NCBI GenBank assembly: GCA_965225945.1 | Contig: CBDDBZ010000030.1 | Span: 128,001-192,000, forward strand | Source of the DNA: Alphaproteobacteria bacterium | GTDB lineage: Bacteria; Pseudomonadota; Alphaproteobacteria; GCA-2731375 | Direction of reading: 5' to 3' | DNA length: 64,000 nucleotides | In this document: in pieces, positions 19,166-34,289 of the stretch | Position numbering within the stretch: position 1 is the first letter of the stretch | Layout: each line of letters opens with the position of its first letter | Notes under the pieces: model-generated | The model's input: the letters and a program-made list of their open reading frames with translations, nothing else | What the model was told of the DNA's origin: nothing | The model's database searches: none | Position numbers and translations under genes: made by a program

Positions 19166-19834
19166 CTATTCCAGCGAAATTCGCAAGCCGGCGGCCGCCG
19201 CCCAGGGCGCCAGCGCGATCGAGCCCAGGAGGCCGGCGCCGAGCAGCAGCAGGTGCGGGCGAGGCGAAAGCTCGAGGATCGCCGCCTCCGAGGCCGCGAC
19301 GCCGAAGATCAGCACCGGCAGGTAGAGCGGCAGGACCAAAAGGCTCAACAGCACGCCGCCGCGGCGCATGCCGACGGTCAGCGCCGCGCCGATCGCCCCC
19401 ACCAGGCTCAGGATCGGCGTGCCGAGCCCCATCGCCATGACGAGGACCACGAGGCCCGCCGGGTCCATTTGCAAGGCGAGCGCCAGCACCGGGGCGGCGA
19501 CGATCAGCGGCAGACCGGAGCTCAGCCAATGGGCCAGCGCCTTGGCCAGCACGACGAGCTCCAGCGGCGGGCCGGCCAGCGCCAGGAGCTCCAGGCCGCC
19601 GTCCTCCCAGTCCGCCTGGAACATGCGATCCAGTGCGATCAAGGTCGCCAGCAGCGCCGCGACCCAGACCACGCCCGAGGCGATCCGGGCCAGCACCACA
19701 GCCTCCGGCCCGACGCCCAGGGGAAAGAGCGTCACGGTCATGACGAAGAACGCCACCACCAGCAAGGTGGCGCCGCCTTGGCGACGGGCGATCAGCAAGT
19801 CTCGGGCGACGATGGCGAGGAGTGCGTCCATCAC
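19166..19834 (-). CDS. ccmB: Heme exporter protein B
   Basis: LFPLGVGP, DWEDGGLE, LLVLPLYLPVLIFG. Confidence 0.93.
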   Translation of the reverse strand: MMDALLAIVARDLLIARRQGGATLLVVAFFVMTVTLFPLGVGPEAVVLARIASGVVWVAALLATLIALDRMFQADWEDGGLELLALAGPPLELVVLAKALAHWLSSGLPLIVAAPVLALALQMDPAGLVVLVMAMGLGTPILSLVGAIGAALTVGMRRGGVLLSLLVLPLYLPVLIFGVAASEAAILELSPRPHLLLLGAGLLGSIALAPWAAAAGLRISLE

Positions 19835-20439
19835 CTGGCCCCGAGTTCCAGCACGTCGGCCTGGGCGAGATCGAGCCCGACGTGGGTCGCGACGATCGCC
19901 ATGCCGCCGCCTGCCCGGTGCGCCTCGATGGCGGCGGTGATGCGCGCGACGCCGTCCTCGTCGAGCGACACCGCCGGCTCGTCCAACAGCCAGAGCGGCG
20001 CCTCGCCCAACAGCGGGCGCGCCAGGGCGACGCGCTTGCGCTGCCCGGCGGAGAGACGCTGGGTCGCCACGTCGGCCAACCGATCGATCGCCAGCGCCCG
20101 CATCGCCTCGTCGAGGCCGCCCGGGCGGCCGCCTAGGCGCGCCCAGAAGGCGAGATTTTCGCGCACCGTCAGCAGCGCCTTCACCGCGTCCGCATGGCCG
20201 ACGAAGGCGAGCCGGCGGCGCTGCGCCTCGACATCGGCGAACACGTCCTCGCCGTCCCAGGCGAGCCTGCCGTCCTCCGGTCTGAGCAGCGTCGCGATAA
20301 GCCGCAGCAGGGTGCTCTTGCCGCTGCCGTTGGGGCCGCGCAGGATCAGCGCGCCGCCGGCCGCCAGCTCGAAACTAAGATCGCGCAAGACGAGACGCTC
20401 GCCCCGGCGGCAGGCCAGCCCCCGCGCCGCCAGTGCCAC
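19831..20439 (-). CDS. ccmA: Heme ABC exporter ATPase
   Basis: GPNGSGKS, LSAGQRKRVALAR, LWLLDEP; overlaps ccmB. Confidence 0.92.
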   Translation of the reverse strand: MALAARGLACRRGERLVLRDLSFELAAGGALILRGPNGSGKSTLLRLIATLLRPEDGRLAWDGEDVFADVEAQRRRLAFVGHADAVKALLTVRENLAFWARLGGRPGGLDEAMRALAIDRLADVATQRLSAGQRKRVALARPLLGEAPLWLLDEPAVSLDEDGVARITAAIEAHRAGGGMAIVATHVGLDLAQADVLELGAR

Positions 20440-20454
20440 GGCCGCTCACTCCCC

Positions 20455-21696
20455 CTAGTCGAGCTTGCGCGCGTCGTCGACCACGCGCCCGTCGTCCGCC
20501 AGCTCGTCCGCGGGCACGAAGGCGACGGCGCCGCGAAGCTTCAGCACGCTCTGGATCGAGAGCTCGATGGCGCCGCGCAATTCCTCGCTCTCTTGGCCCA
20601 CCGCGACCTGGAGCGTCATCCGGTCGACGCTGTCCGGGTTCTCCAGCACGAGGCGCGCCTTGGTGATCTCGGGGTGGCGGCGCGCGATGTCCCCCACGTT
20701 CGAGGGATGCACGAACATGCCCTTGAACTTGGCCGACTGATCGGCCCGGCCCAACCAGCCCTTGATCCGGAGGTTGGTCCGCCCGCAGGGACTCGGGCCC
20801 GGGAGAAATTGCGAGAGGTCGCCGGTGCCGTAGCGGATCAGCGGGTAGACGGAATTGAAGGTGGTGACCACGACCTCGCCGACCTCGCCCTCGCCCACCG
20901 GCCGGGTGCCGCCGGGCTCGACCAATTCGAAATAGATGCCTTCATCGACGATCATGCCTTCGCGCGCCGAGCTCTCGAAAGCGATCAGGCCGACGTCGGC
21001 GGTGCCGTAGCTGTTGGCGACCTCGATGCCGCGGGCCGACAGCAGCTCGCGCACCGCCGGCGTCAGCGCCTCGGCGCCGACCACGCCTACTTGAATCGAG
21101 GAGGTGTCGATTCCCATCTCGTCGCCCTTCTCCACCAGAATTCGGAGGAAGGAGGGCGTGCCGACATAGCTCCGGGGGCGGATCCGGCCGATCGCCTGGA
21201 GCTGGATCTCGGTGTTGCCGACGCCGCCCGGAAACACGGTGCAGCCGATGGCGTGGGCCGAGTTTTCGACCATCGCGCCGGCTGGCGTCAGATGATAGGC
21301 GAAGGTGTTGTGGACGATGTCGCCCGGCCGCATCCCGGCGGCCCACAGGCAGCGGGCGAAACGGCCGAAATCCTCGGCCCCGCCGCCGGGTTCGTAGACC
21401 GGTCCCGGCGACATGAAGATCTGCGCGATAGGGCCCGTGTCGCGCGCGGCGAGGCCGCCGAAGGGAGGGGCCGCCTGTTGTGCTTCGACGATGTCCGGCT
21501 TGCGGGTGACGGGAAGTGCCGCCAGCGCGTCGAGATCGCCGATATCTTCCGCCGCGACGTCGCCAAGCAGGGCGCCGAAGAATTCGGTATTGGCCTTGGC
21601 ATGGGCGATTTGGCGGCGCAGCGCGACGAGCTGTTCGGCGCGGCGCGCCTCGGGTTCGCGGGTCTCGAGCGCGTCGTAATGCTCGTCGTGGACCAT
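20455..21696 (-). CDS. Phenylacetate-CoA ligase-like AMP-binding protein
   Basis: FMSPGPVYEP, YGTADVG, PLIRYGTGDLS, KGMFVHP. Confidence 0.85.
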   Translation of the reverse strand: MVHDEHYDALETREPEARRAEQLVALRRQIAHAKANTEFFGALLGDVAAEDIGDLDALAALPVTRKPDIVEAQQAAPPFGGLAARDTGPIAQIFMSPGPVYEPGGGAEDFGRFARCLWAAGMRPGDIVHNTFAYHLTPAGAMVENSAHAIGCTVFPGGVGNTEIQLQAIGRIRPRSYVGTPSFLRILVEKGDEMGIDTSSIQVGVVGAEALTPAVRELLSARGIEVANSYGTADVGLIAFESSAREGMIVDEGIYFELVEPGGTRPVGEGEVGEVVVTTFNSVYPLIRYGTGDLSQFLPGPSPCGRTNLRIKGWLGRADQSAKFKGMFVHPSNVGDIARRHPEITKARLVLENPDSVDRMTLQVAVGQESEELRGAIELSIQSVLKLRGAVAFVPADELADDGRVVDDARKLD

Positions 21697-21782
21697 CGGC
21701 GCGGGACCTCCCTCGATGTCTTTAAAAGGAAAAGGCGGCGGCCCCGGTACGGCCCCTGGGCCCGGCCCCGGCGGCTTCGACC

Positions 21783-22595
21783 TCAGGCGAGCCAACGCTT
21801 GCGGCGGCGGTAGTGCTTGAGGTCGCGGAAGCTGGTCTTATCGCCACCGCTGAAGCCGAGGTAGAACTCCTTGACGTCCTCGTTGTTCGCCAGCGACTCG
21901 GCGGCGCCGTCGAGCACCACGCGGCCGTTCTCCAGCACATAGCCATAGTCGGAATAGCGTAGCGCCACCGTGGCGTTCTGCTCCGCCAGGAGGAAACTCA
22001 CGCCTTCCTCCTTGTTGAGCCGGGCGACGATCTCGAAGATCTCCACCACGAGCTGCGGCGCCAGACCCAACGAGGGCTCGTCGAGCAGGATCAGCTTCGG
22101 CTTGGCCATGAGCGCGCGGCCGATCGCCGTCATCTGCTGCTCGCCACCGGAGATGTAGCCGGCGAGCGAGCCGCGGCGCTTCTCGAGCCTGGGGAAATAG
22201 CCGTAGACCATCTCCAGGTCCCGCTGCACGGCGGCCCGCCCGTCGCGACGGGTATAGGCGCCGGTCAACAGGTTCTCGTCGACGGTCAGATGCTCGAAGC
22301 AATGGCGCCCCTCCATCACCTGGGTGACGCCGCGCTTGACCAATACCGAGGGGTTGAGGGCCTGGACTTCGCCGCCTTCGTAGATGATGGAGCCCTTGGT
22401 GACCTCCCCCCTCTCGGCGCCCAGGAGATTGGAGATCGCCTTCAAGGTGGTGGTCTTGCCCGCGCCGTTGGCGCCGAGGACGGCGACGACGCCGCCCTCG
22501 GGCACCTGGAGCGACACGCCACGCAACACCAGGATCACATGGTCGTAGATGACCTCGATGTTGTTGACGACGAGGAGATTTTCCCTCTCGCTCAC
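21783..22595 (-). CDS. ABC ATPase (LivF-like)
   Basis: GANGAGKT, SGGEQQM, LLDEP. Confidence 0.9.
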   Translation of the reverse strand: MSERENLLVVNNIEVIYDHVILVLRGVSLQVPEGGVVAVLGANGAGKTTTLKAISNLLGAERGEVTKGSIIYEGGEVQALNPSVLVKRGVTQVMEGRHCFEHLTVDENLLTGAYTRRDGRAAVQRDLEMVYGYFPRLEKRRGSLAGYISGGEQQMTAIGRALMAKPKLILLDEPSLGLAPQLVVEIFEIVARLNKEEGVSFLLAEQNATVALRYSDYGYVLENGRVVLDGAAESLANNEDVKEFYLGFSGGDKTSFRDLKHYRRRKRWLA

Positions 22596-22640
22596 GGCAT
22601 TCCCTACCGGGTTACTCGACTAGACGTGGAACCGGACGGC

Positions 22641-23963
22641 TCAGCCTTCCTTGGAGCAATCACGCGGGGTGATGTTGTTCTCCTTGGCGAACTTCGCCGC
22701 ATCGGCCTCGATCAGCGGGCGGGTGATATCGCGCATGACCGGGATCCAGTCGCTGACGATCTTCCACTCTTTGACCTTGGCGTCCCACTGCTGGAACAGT
22801 ACCGGATGTGCGCCCTCGTGGTCCTCGCAGGTGACCTTGATCTCCGGATAGCCGGAGAGGCCGATCTTTTCCCAACCCGCGGGCGTGATGTGGGTGTTCT
22901 CGAGACCCCAGCGGACATGCGTGCCCGTGACGACCTTCACGCCGAACTTCTTCTGCGCCTTCTTGATCGCCTCGATGACGAAGACCATGTTCAGCACGGC
23001 GCGGTTGTAGAGGACCTCTCCGACCCGCTCCCTGACGCCGGCGCCCTTGCCGCGGTCGTAGACATACTTGCGGATGTCGTCGTGCAGCTTGCTCTTGCCG
23101 CCGGGCGCATGGAAGGTCGCCGACTTGTAGCCGTGCCCGACATCACCGACCGGGCCCATGTCGACCTCGGTGCCCGACCACCAGTTGCCGATGAAGTGGT
23201 CCATCGGGTAGCCGATCTCGGCCGCGCTCTTCAACGCCACCTGGTTCATCACGCCCCAGCCGGAGAGGAAGATGTAGTCTGGCTTCCAACGGCGGATCTG
23301 CAGCCAGGTCGCCTTCTGCTCCTGCCCCGGATGGTCGACGGCAAGCATCTTCAGCTCGTAGCCGAACTTCTTGGAGAGGATCTCCAGCGTCGGGTTGGCT
23401 TCCTTGCCGTAGGCGCTGTTGTGGTAGATGTGGGCGATCTTCATGCCCTTGAGCTTGTCGAGGCCGCCTTCTTGCAGGCCCATGTAGTTGATGACGGCGC
23501 TGGCCTGGTTCCAGTAAGTGGTCGGGAAGTTGAACACCCACTTGAAGACCCGGCCGTCGGCCGCCGACGTGCGGCCGTAACCCATGGAGAAGATGGGGAT
23601 CTTATCCACCGGCGACTTGGGGATGAGCTGATAGGTGATGCCCGTCGAATACGGGAAGATCACGACGGGCTTTTTCGATTTGAACTTCTCATAGCATTCG
23701 ACGCCGATTTTCGTGTTGTACTGGGTTTCGCACTCCTTCAGCTCCAACATGACGCCATTGACGCCGCCGTCTCTTTCGTTGATGAGCGTGACGTAGTCCT
23801 TGATGCCGTTGGCAGAGGGGATTCCGCCGGGCGCGTAGGGGCCCGTCCTGTACACCAGTGCCGGGATGAAGATGGTTTCCGCCGCGATGGCGACATCGGC
23901 GGCCACCATGCCGCCCACCGCCGCCACCGACGCCATCCCCAGGATGGCCTTTCTAATAAACAT
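22641..23963 (-). CDS. ABC substrate-binding protein (LivK-like)
   Basis: Signal peptide; YRTGPYAP, INERDGGVNG. Confidence 0.88.
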   Translation of the reverse strand: MFIRKAILGMASVAAVGGMVAADVAIAAETIFIPALVYRTGPYAPGGIPSANGIKDYVTLINERDGGVNGVMLELKECETQYNTKIGVECYEKFKSKKPVVIFPYSTGITYQLIPKSPVDKIPIFSMGYGRTSAADGRVFKWVFNFPTTYWNQASAVINYMGLQEGGLDKLKGMKIAHIYHNSAYGKEANPTLEILSKKFGYELKMLAVDHPGQEQKATWLQIRRWKPDYIFLSGWGVMNQVALKSAAEIGYPMDHFIGNWWSGTEVDMGPVGDVGHGYKSATFHAPGGKSKLHDDIRKYVYDRGKGAGVRERVGEVLYNRAVLNMVFVIEAIKKAQKKFGVKVVTGTHVRWGLENTHITPAGWEKIGLSGYPEIKVTCEDHEGAHPVLFQQWDAKVKEWKIVSDWIPVMRDITRPLIEADAAKFAKENNITPRDCSKEG

Positions 23964-24068
23964 GACCTACTACCTCCCTTCGGTCTTTTCGCGTCCCTCA
24001 TGGGATCGCGCGATCTCGGACCCTAGCAAATCCGAATGCGGCTCACAATTCACGAAGCCGCCGGCCCG

Positions 24069-25145
24069 TCAATAAGGAAATGGCCAGACCCTGAGTTTTT
24101 CCTTGGCGATCTGCCAGAGCCGGGCCAGCCCCAGCGGCTCGACGACCAGGAAAAAGATGATCAGGCCGCCGAAGATGATGAACTCGAGATGTTTCGCGGT
24201 CACCGCCTGGAAGCCCAGGAGATCGACCATGAAGTTGTTCAGCGCGATCGGCATCAAGATGATGAAGGCGGCGCCGAAGAACGCACCCATGATGGAGCCC
24301 AGGCCGCCGATGATAATCATGAACAGCACCTGGAACGACTGGTTGATCTCGAAGGCCTCGTTGGTCTCCACCGAGCCGAGCCAGACCGCCCAGGTCATGG
24401 CACCGGCCACGCCGATGTAGAAGGAGCTGACGGTGAAGGCCAGCAGCTTGGTCTGGAACGGCCGGAAGCCGATCAGCTCGGCGGCGATATCCATGTCGCG
24501 GACCGCCATCCAGGAGCGGCCGATGGGACTTCTGACGAGGTTCTTGGCCACCAGGGCGAAGACCACCACCAGGATCAGCGCGAACAGATAGCGCGCTTCC
24601 GGCGTCGCATGGGGACCCGTCACCAAGACGCCGAAGGCCTCGCGCGGCGGCGCCGTGATGGTGCCCGACGGCGTGTAGTTCACGAACCACGGCACCTTGT
24701 TGTAGAGCCAGCCGAGGAAGAACTGCGCCGCCAGCGTCGCCACGGCGAGATAGAAGCCCTTGATCCTGAGGCTGGGGATGCCGAAAATCATGCCGACGCC
24801 GGCGGTGATCAGGCCGGCGGTGAGGAAGACGACGATGATGTTGAGCTCGGGAAAGGCGGTCATCAGCTTGTAGGCCGCCACCGCGCCCGTCGCCATGAAG
24901 GCGCCGGTGCCGAGCGAGAGCTGGCCGCAATAGCCGGTCAGCAGGTTGAGCCCGATCGCCGCCATCGAATAGCACAGCACCGGGATCATGATCGCCTGCA
25001 GGAAATACTCGTCGCCGAAGGTCGGCACGGCGACGAACATGACCACGAGCACCAAGGCGATGAACCAGCGATCCTGCTTCAGCGGGAAGATCGCCTGGTC
25101 GGCGTCGTAGTGCGATTTGAACTGACCCGCCTCGCGATAGATCAT
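24069..25145 (-). CDS. ABC permease (LivM-like)
   Basis: GLNLLTGYCGQLSLG, AVRDMDIAAE. Confidence 0.9.
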   Translation of the reverse strand: MIYREAGQFKSHYDADQAIFPLKQDRWFIALVLVVMFVAVPTFGDEYFLQAIMIPVLCYSMAAIGLNLLTGYCGQLSLGTGAFMATGAVAAYKLMTAFPELNIIVVFLTAGLITAGVGMIFGIPSLRIKGFYLAVATLAAQFFLGWLYNKVPWFVNYTPSGTITAPPREAFGVLVTGPHATPEARYLFALILVVVFALVAKNLVRSPIGRSWMAVRDMDIAAELIGFRPFQTKLLAFTVSSFYIGVAGAMTWAVWLGSVETNEAFEINQSFQVLFMIIIGGLGSIMGAFFGAAFIILMPIALNNFMVDLLGFQAVTAKHLEFIIFGGLIIFFLVVEPLGLARLWQIAKEKLRVWPFPY

Positions 25146-25148
25146 GAT

Positions 25149-26144
25149 CTAGACCCTCTCGATGATCTTGTCGCCGAACAGGCCCTGCGGCCGGAACAGC
25201 AGGAACACCAGCGCCAACATGTAGGCGAACCAGTTCTCGATCGCGCCGTTGACCAGCGGGCCCCAGTAGACCTCCGCCACCTTCTCGCCGACGCCGATGA
25301 TCAGGCCGCCGACGATGGCGCCGGGCACCGAGGTGAAGCCGCCCAGGATCAGCACCGGCAGCGCCTTCAAAGCGATCAGCGAAAGCGAGAACTGCACGCC
25401 GCTGCGCGTCCCCCACATGATGCCCGCGACCAGGGCGACGATGCCGGCCACCGACCAGACGATGATCCAGATCGTCTGCAACGGGATGCCGACGGAGAGC
25501 GCCGCCTGGTGATCGTCGGCCACGGCGCGGAGCGCCCGGCCGACCCGGGTCTTCTGGAAAAACAGTGCCAGCACGATCACCATCACGGCGGCCACCACAG
25601 TGGCCCAGATGTCGAACACCTGGAACAGGATGCCCTGCCAGATGAAGTTGCCCTGGGGGATGCCGATGTCGAGCGCCTTGATCTCGCCGCCCCACATGAT
25701 TTCGCCGACCCCTTGCAGCACGAAGGCGAGGCCGATGGTCGACATGAACAAGATGATCGGGTCCTGGTTCACCAGGGGTCTCAGCACGAATTTCTCGATC
25801 ACGATGGCGAGGACGACCATGGCGGCGATGGTAACGATGATGGCGAGCCAGGGCGGCATCGCCAGCCAGCCGATCTCGGAGAGCACGATCGGCACGGTGC
25901 CGGTCATCAGCCCGACCAGGGTGAGCGCGGCGAACAGCGCGAGGATTCCCTGGGCGAAGTTGAACACGCCCGAGGCCTTGAAGATCAGCACGAAGCCCAG
26001 CGCCACCAGCGAATACATCACGCCCGACATCAGCCCGCCGATCACCACCTCGGCGAAGAACTCCGGCGCATCGATCATGTCCAGGATCGGCGCCTCGACG
26101 ACATCGACATAGAGCGGCAGCAGAAACTCGCCCCAGAATTCCAT
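25149..26144 (-). CDS. ABC permease (LivH-like)
   Basis: YSLVALGFVLIFKASGVFNFAQG, FRPQGLFG. Confidence 0.9.
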   Translation of the reverse strand: MEFWGEFLLPLYVDVVEAPILDMIDAPEFFAEVVIGGLMSGVMYSLVALGFVLIFKASGVFNFAQGILALFAALTLVGLMTGTVPIVLSEIGWLAMPPWLAIIVTIAAMVVLAIVIEKFVLRPLVNQDPIILFMSTIGLAFVLQGVGEIMWGGEIKALDIGIPQGNFIWQGILFQVFDIWATVVAAVMVIVLALFFQKTRVGRALRAVADDHQAALSVGIPLQTIWIIVWSVAGIVALVAGIMWGTRSGVQFSLSLIALKALPVLILGGFTSVPGAIVGGLIIGVGEKVAEVYWGPLVNGAIENWFAYMLALVFLLFRPQGLFGDKIIERV

Positions 26145-26172
26145 CTCGAAGGCTCCTCCCGCGCGGGCGCGC

Positions 26173-26978
<806 letters not shown>

Positions 26979-26982
<4 letters not shown>

Positions 26983-28949
26983 GCCGCCTTGCGTCGTTCG
27001 CCGTCGCCGACGAAGGTTTCGGCCTCGCCGATCTTGAGATCCGCCTTCATCTGGCCGGTGTGGCCGTCCTCGAAGGTCACACTCGTTTCGATGCTGACGT
27101 CGCGGGCATCGCTGAAGAGGGCGTCGATCAGCGGGCTGTAGCGATCGGCGATGATCCGCCGGCGCACCTTGCGGGTCCGGGTAAGTTCGCCGTCGTCCGC
27201 GTCCAGCTCCTTGTGCAGCAGCAGGAAGCGTTTGATCTGCGAGCCGGCGAGCGCGCTATCGCGCGAGAGCGTCAAGTTGACGGCCTCGATGCAGCCCTTG
27301 ATCAGGTCGTAGACCTCGTCGCGCGAGGCGAGGTCGGTGAAGTTGGTGTAGGAGATGGCGCTCCGCTCGGCCCAGTTGCTGGTCGCCTCCAGGTCGATCA
27401 CGACGAAGCAGGCGACATGGTCCTGGCCGTCGCCGTGGGCCACCGCCTCGCGGACGAAGGGATGGAATTTCAGCTTGTTCTCGATGTACTGCGGCGCGAA
27501 GAGCGTACCGTCGTTGAGCTTGCCCACGTCCTTGGCCCGATCGATGACCTTGAGGTGGCCGGTATCGTCGAGAATCCCGGCATCGCCCGTGTGCACCCAG
27601 CCGTCCGCATCCAGGGTTTCGGCCGTCGCCTCGTCGTTCTTGAAATAGCCGATGAAGTTGCCCGGGCTCTTGTAGAGGATTTCGCCGTCCTCGGTGATCT
27701 TCAGCTCGACTCCGGGGCAAGCCGGCCCGACGGTGTCGAGCTTGACGTCCCCGTCGCGCTGAATGCAGGTGTAGGCTGAGGACTCGGTCTGGGCGTAGAG
27801 CTGCTTCAGGTTGAGCCCGATCGAGCGGTAGAAGTTGAATACCTCCTCGCCGAGCGGCGCGCCGCCGGTATAGGCCAGTCTCGCGCGACTGAGGCCGAAG
27901 TTGTTCAGCAGCGGACCGTAGATGATATAGGAGCCCAGCGCGTAGAGCAGCCGATCGATGCCACCGACCGCCCGGCCTTCCAGCAGGTCGATGCCGACCC
28001 GCCCGGCGAGCTTGGTGAAATAGTCGAAGATTTTTCGCTGCAGCCAACCGGCGTCCTCCATCCGGACCTGGATCTGGGTGAGGAAGGTCTCCAGGATCGC
28101 CGGCGGCAGCAGCGCCATGGTCGGCCCGATGTCCTTGAGGTCCCCCATCACGGTGTCCGAGTTCTCGGGACAATTGACCGTGAAGCCGACGACTCGTTGC
28201 TGCGCCACCGAGAAGAAGTGGTCGCCGACCCAGGCGAGCGGCAGATAGGCCAGGATCTCCTCCTTGTCGGTGAGCAACTCCATCTCGGATTGCAGGCGCG
28301 CGCTTTCCAGCAGGCCTCGGAAGCTCAGCAGGACGCCCTTCGGGTCGCCCGTGGTACCGGAGGTGTAAGCGATGATGGCGACGTCGTCCGCCTTGCCCTC
28401 GGCCACCTGGGCCAGGAAGAAGTCGGGGTTGGCCGCGCCATGGGCGCGTCCCCGCTCGATCAGGCTCTCCAGCGAATGCAGGTCGTCGCTGGCATAATGC
28501 CGCATGCCCTTGGAATCCTCGAAAATCAGGTGCTCGATCGCCGGCACCTTTTCGCGCACCGATTGGACCTTGTCGATCTGCTCCTGATCCTCGCAGATGG
28601 CCATCCGGACCTCGGCGTGCCGCAGCACGTAGAGCATCTCGTCGGCAACCGATTCCGCATAGAGCGGCACCGGGATTGCGCCCACCGCCTGCACCGCGTC
28701 GAAGGCCAGGTAGAGCTCCGGCCGGTTGGAGCCGATGATGGCGATCGTGTCGCCGCGCTTCACGCCCAGGTCGGCCAGGCCGCAGGCGAAGTCGCGAACT
28801 TGGTCGGCGGCCTGCTTCCAGGTCCAGGTCTGCCAGATACCGAGGTCTTTCTCCCGATACGCCGGCCGCCCGCCCCGCTCCTCGGCATGCTTGAGAAGAA
28901 GCTTCGGGCTGGTGTCATAGGCCTTCAACGACGTCTGAAGTTCCGACAT
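26979..28949 (-). CDS. Long-chain acyl-CoA synthetase
   Basis: YTSGTTGDPKG, GWVHTGDAG, GELTRTRK. Confidence 0.9.
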
Positions 28950-28960
28950 CGAACGTCCTT

Positions 28961-29000
28961 CCCCCTTCAAGGGCTCCGGCCCCCCTTCAAGGGCTCCGGC
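28961..29000. repeat. Perfect 20-bp tandem duplication
   Basis: CCCCCTTCAAGGGCTCCGGC twice, just upstream of the acyl-CoA synthetase start. Confidence 0.9.
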
Positions 29001-29341
29001 CGTCCGACGGACGTCGCGGCCGCGCGCACGGGTCGGCCCCCAAAACCGGCCCGCGAGACCGTCGGTAATCCGTCTCCGGCAGGTGCCTCCCGATCGTCGA
29101 GCGCCGACGGGGCCCCAGGTGGCCCACCCGGTGGCGCAGCGCTATTAGTCCACTTCCGCGCGTGGCGTCAAGCTGTCGCCCGAGATTGCGGCCCTCGATC
29201 CTCACGTCAACGTCGCAATCCGGCGCCGATCAGGCTACAAGGGGCCGTGCAACGCCACCGTGCCGGAATCGCGATCGGCCCCGGCCGAATTTCGTCGGCA
29301 CGGTCGGACGTCCGACAAATCGTCGCGAAGGAGGTCGATCG

Positions 29342-32029
<2,688 letters not shown>

Positions 32030-32113
32030 GGGGACGGGATCGACCAACCGTCGTGCGGCCATCACCGACAATTGATTTCGCGGTGATGGCCGGGCATCGC
32101 TAATATCCGGGCC

Positions 32114-32857
32114 ATGAAAGGCCTGTGTCATAGCTTGGGCGGCGCCTCGGTCGCGACCGCCATCGCTCTCGGTTCGGCCCTCGCCGTCGACGCCGGGGAG
32201 CGGCTCACCGTGGTCGAGCTCTTCACCTCGCAGGGTTGCAATTCCTGCCCGCCGGCGGATCGCTATCTCGGCCAGCTCGCCGAGCGCGACGATATCCTGT
32301 CGCTGAGCTTCAACGTCGACTACTGGGACTACCTCGGCTGGCGGGACACCTTGGCGTCGCCCGTCCACACCGAGCGCCAGCGCCGCTACTCGACGGCCAT
32401 GCGTTCGCGCCGGGTCTACACGCCGCAAATGGTGATCGGCGGCACGCTGGAGAAGGTCGGTTCCGACCGCGCTTCGGTGTCCCGGGCGATCGAGAATGTG
32501 CGGGGGGATGCGCGCATCTGGCTCGCCATCGAGATCGAGCGCGTTGATGACATGATCGTCGCCCGCCTACCGGGGGGCCGGATGGCGCGCGAGGCGACGA
32601 TCTGGCTGGTGCGTTACGACAGCCGCCGGGAGGTCGAGATTCGCCGCGGCGAGAACGGCGGCCGCACAATCGCCTATCACAACGTGGTCCGCGACTTCGA
32701 CAATATCGGCCTGTGGCGCGGCGAGGCGATGGAAGTCGCCTTCAAACTCTCCGACCTCGTCGAGGGCGGGCGCGACCGCTGTGCGATCCTCGTGCAGATC
32801 GGCGGTCAGGGCCCGATCATCGGCGCGGCGCGCATGGCGATCGACGACGACTCCTGA
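32114..32857 (+). CDS. DUF1223 thioredoxin-fold secreted protein
   Basis: VVELFTSQGCNSCPPAD, VDYWDYLGWRD, YTPQMV. Confidence 0.9.
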   Translation: MKGLCHSLGGASVATAIALGSALAVDAGERLTVVELFTSQGCNSCPPADRYLGQLAERDDILSLSFNVDYWDYLGWRDTLASPVHTERQRRYSTAMRSRRVYTPQMVIGGTLEKVGSDRASVSRAIENVRGDARIWLAIEIERVDDMIVARLPGGRMAREATIWLVRYDSRREVEIRRGENGGRTIAYHNVVRDFDNIGLWRGEAMEVAFKLSDLVEGGRDRCAILVQIGGQGPIIGAARMAIDDDS

Positions 32858-33052
32858 GCCCGGCAGGCTGACGGAGCGCGACATCGGGGGATGCCCCTAA
32901 TCCGTGGATCGACAACCCACGGAGTCCCCTCCTCTCAGCCCATGACACAAACTCTCATGCATCACCCCTTGCCCGCGAGGGGTGACAAACCGGGCAGAAA
33001 GGGGATAGTCTTTCGTTCCTGGTGAGCCGTCGAGCAGCTAGAACTTCGGCTA

Positions 33053-34225
33053 ATACCAATCGGCCTTGAGGGAGACTCACTTTGAGGATTCCCATGGTGG
33101 ATGATTTCTGACTCAATTCCGGTGATTCGGAGTTGAGGAGGTTCACCATGGGAGCGGCGATCGGGTTACGAGAGGATTTCGATGCGGCGGAGCTGCGTCG
33201 CTTGGCGAAGCTTTCCAAGGATGCCGGCCAGAGCCGCCGGCTCTTGGCTCTCGCGGTGATCTATGACGGTGGGCGGCGGACGGATGCGGCACGGACCGGC
33301 CACGTGGGGCTTCAGGTGATCCGAGATTGGGTGTTGCATTTCAACGCCGAGGGCCCGGACGGCTTGATCGATCGCAAGGCGCCCGGTGCGGTGGCGAAGC
33401 TCGACGATGCACAACGCCAGGCGCTGGGGGCACGCGTCGATGCGGGGCCGAACCCGGCGGTCGACGGCGTGGTGCGCTGGCGGCTGAAGGATCTGGCGGG
33501 CTGGATCCGGGATATGTTCGCGATCTCGCTCGACGAGACCACGGTGAGCCGGGAATTGAAGGCGATGGGCTTCACGAAGATGACGGCGCGTCCGCGCCAC
33601 CATGCCCAGGAGGAGGGCGTCATCGAGGATTTTAAAAAAAATTCCCCGAGCTGGTGGCGCAAGCCCGCCGGCGCCTGCCCGCCGGCACCGAGATAGAAAT
33701 CTGGTGGCAGGACGAAGCCCGTGTCGGCCAGAAGAACAAGATCACTCGGCGCTGGGCGCGGCGCGGAACCCGGCCCCGCGCACCGCATGACCAGCGCACC
33801 AAATCAGCCTATATCTTCGGCGCCATCTGTCCCGAACGCGGCGTCGGCGCCGCCCTCGTGCTCCCCCACTGCGACACCCAGGCCATGCAGCTGCATCTGG
33901 AGGAGATCTCCTCCCGGGTAGGCGCGCGCGCGCATGCCCTCCTGCTCCTCGATCAGGCGGGTTGGCACACCACGGACAAGCTGAAGATCCCCGCCAACGT
34001 TACCCTCCTGCCCCTGCCACCACGCTCGCCGGAGCTCAATCCGACCGAAAACATCTGGCAGTTCATGCGCGACAACTGGCTGTCCAACTTGGTCTTCCAA
34101 TCCGACGAGCAGATCATCACCTCCTGCTGCGAAGCCTGGAACAAGCTCATCGATCAACCATGGAACATCACGTCCATCGGGCGGCGTAAATGGGCGCATG
34201 AGTTCTGATTAATGCCGATTGGTAT
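33053..34225 (+). mobile_element. IS630 family element; transposase 33148-34208 via probable programmed -1 frameshift
   Basis: IR ATACCAATCGGC/GCCGATTGGTAT; slippery TTTTAAAAAAAA at 33630-33641; WQDEAR, LDQAGWH, SPELNPTE. Confidence 0.9.
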
Positions 34226-34289
34226 AAGTCCCCAATCAAAGCCGCCAGCGTCGAGACCCAGCCGCCGAGTGAACCGACCACCGTGCCCA

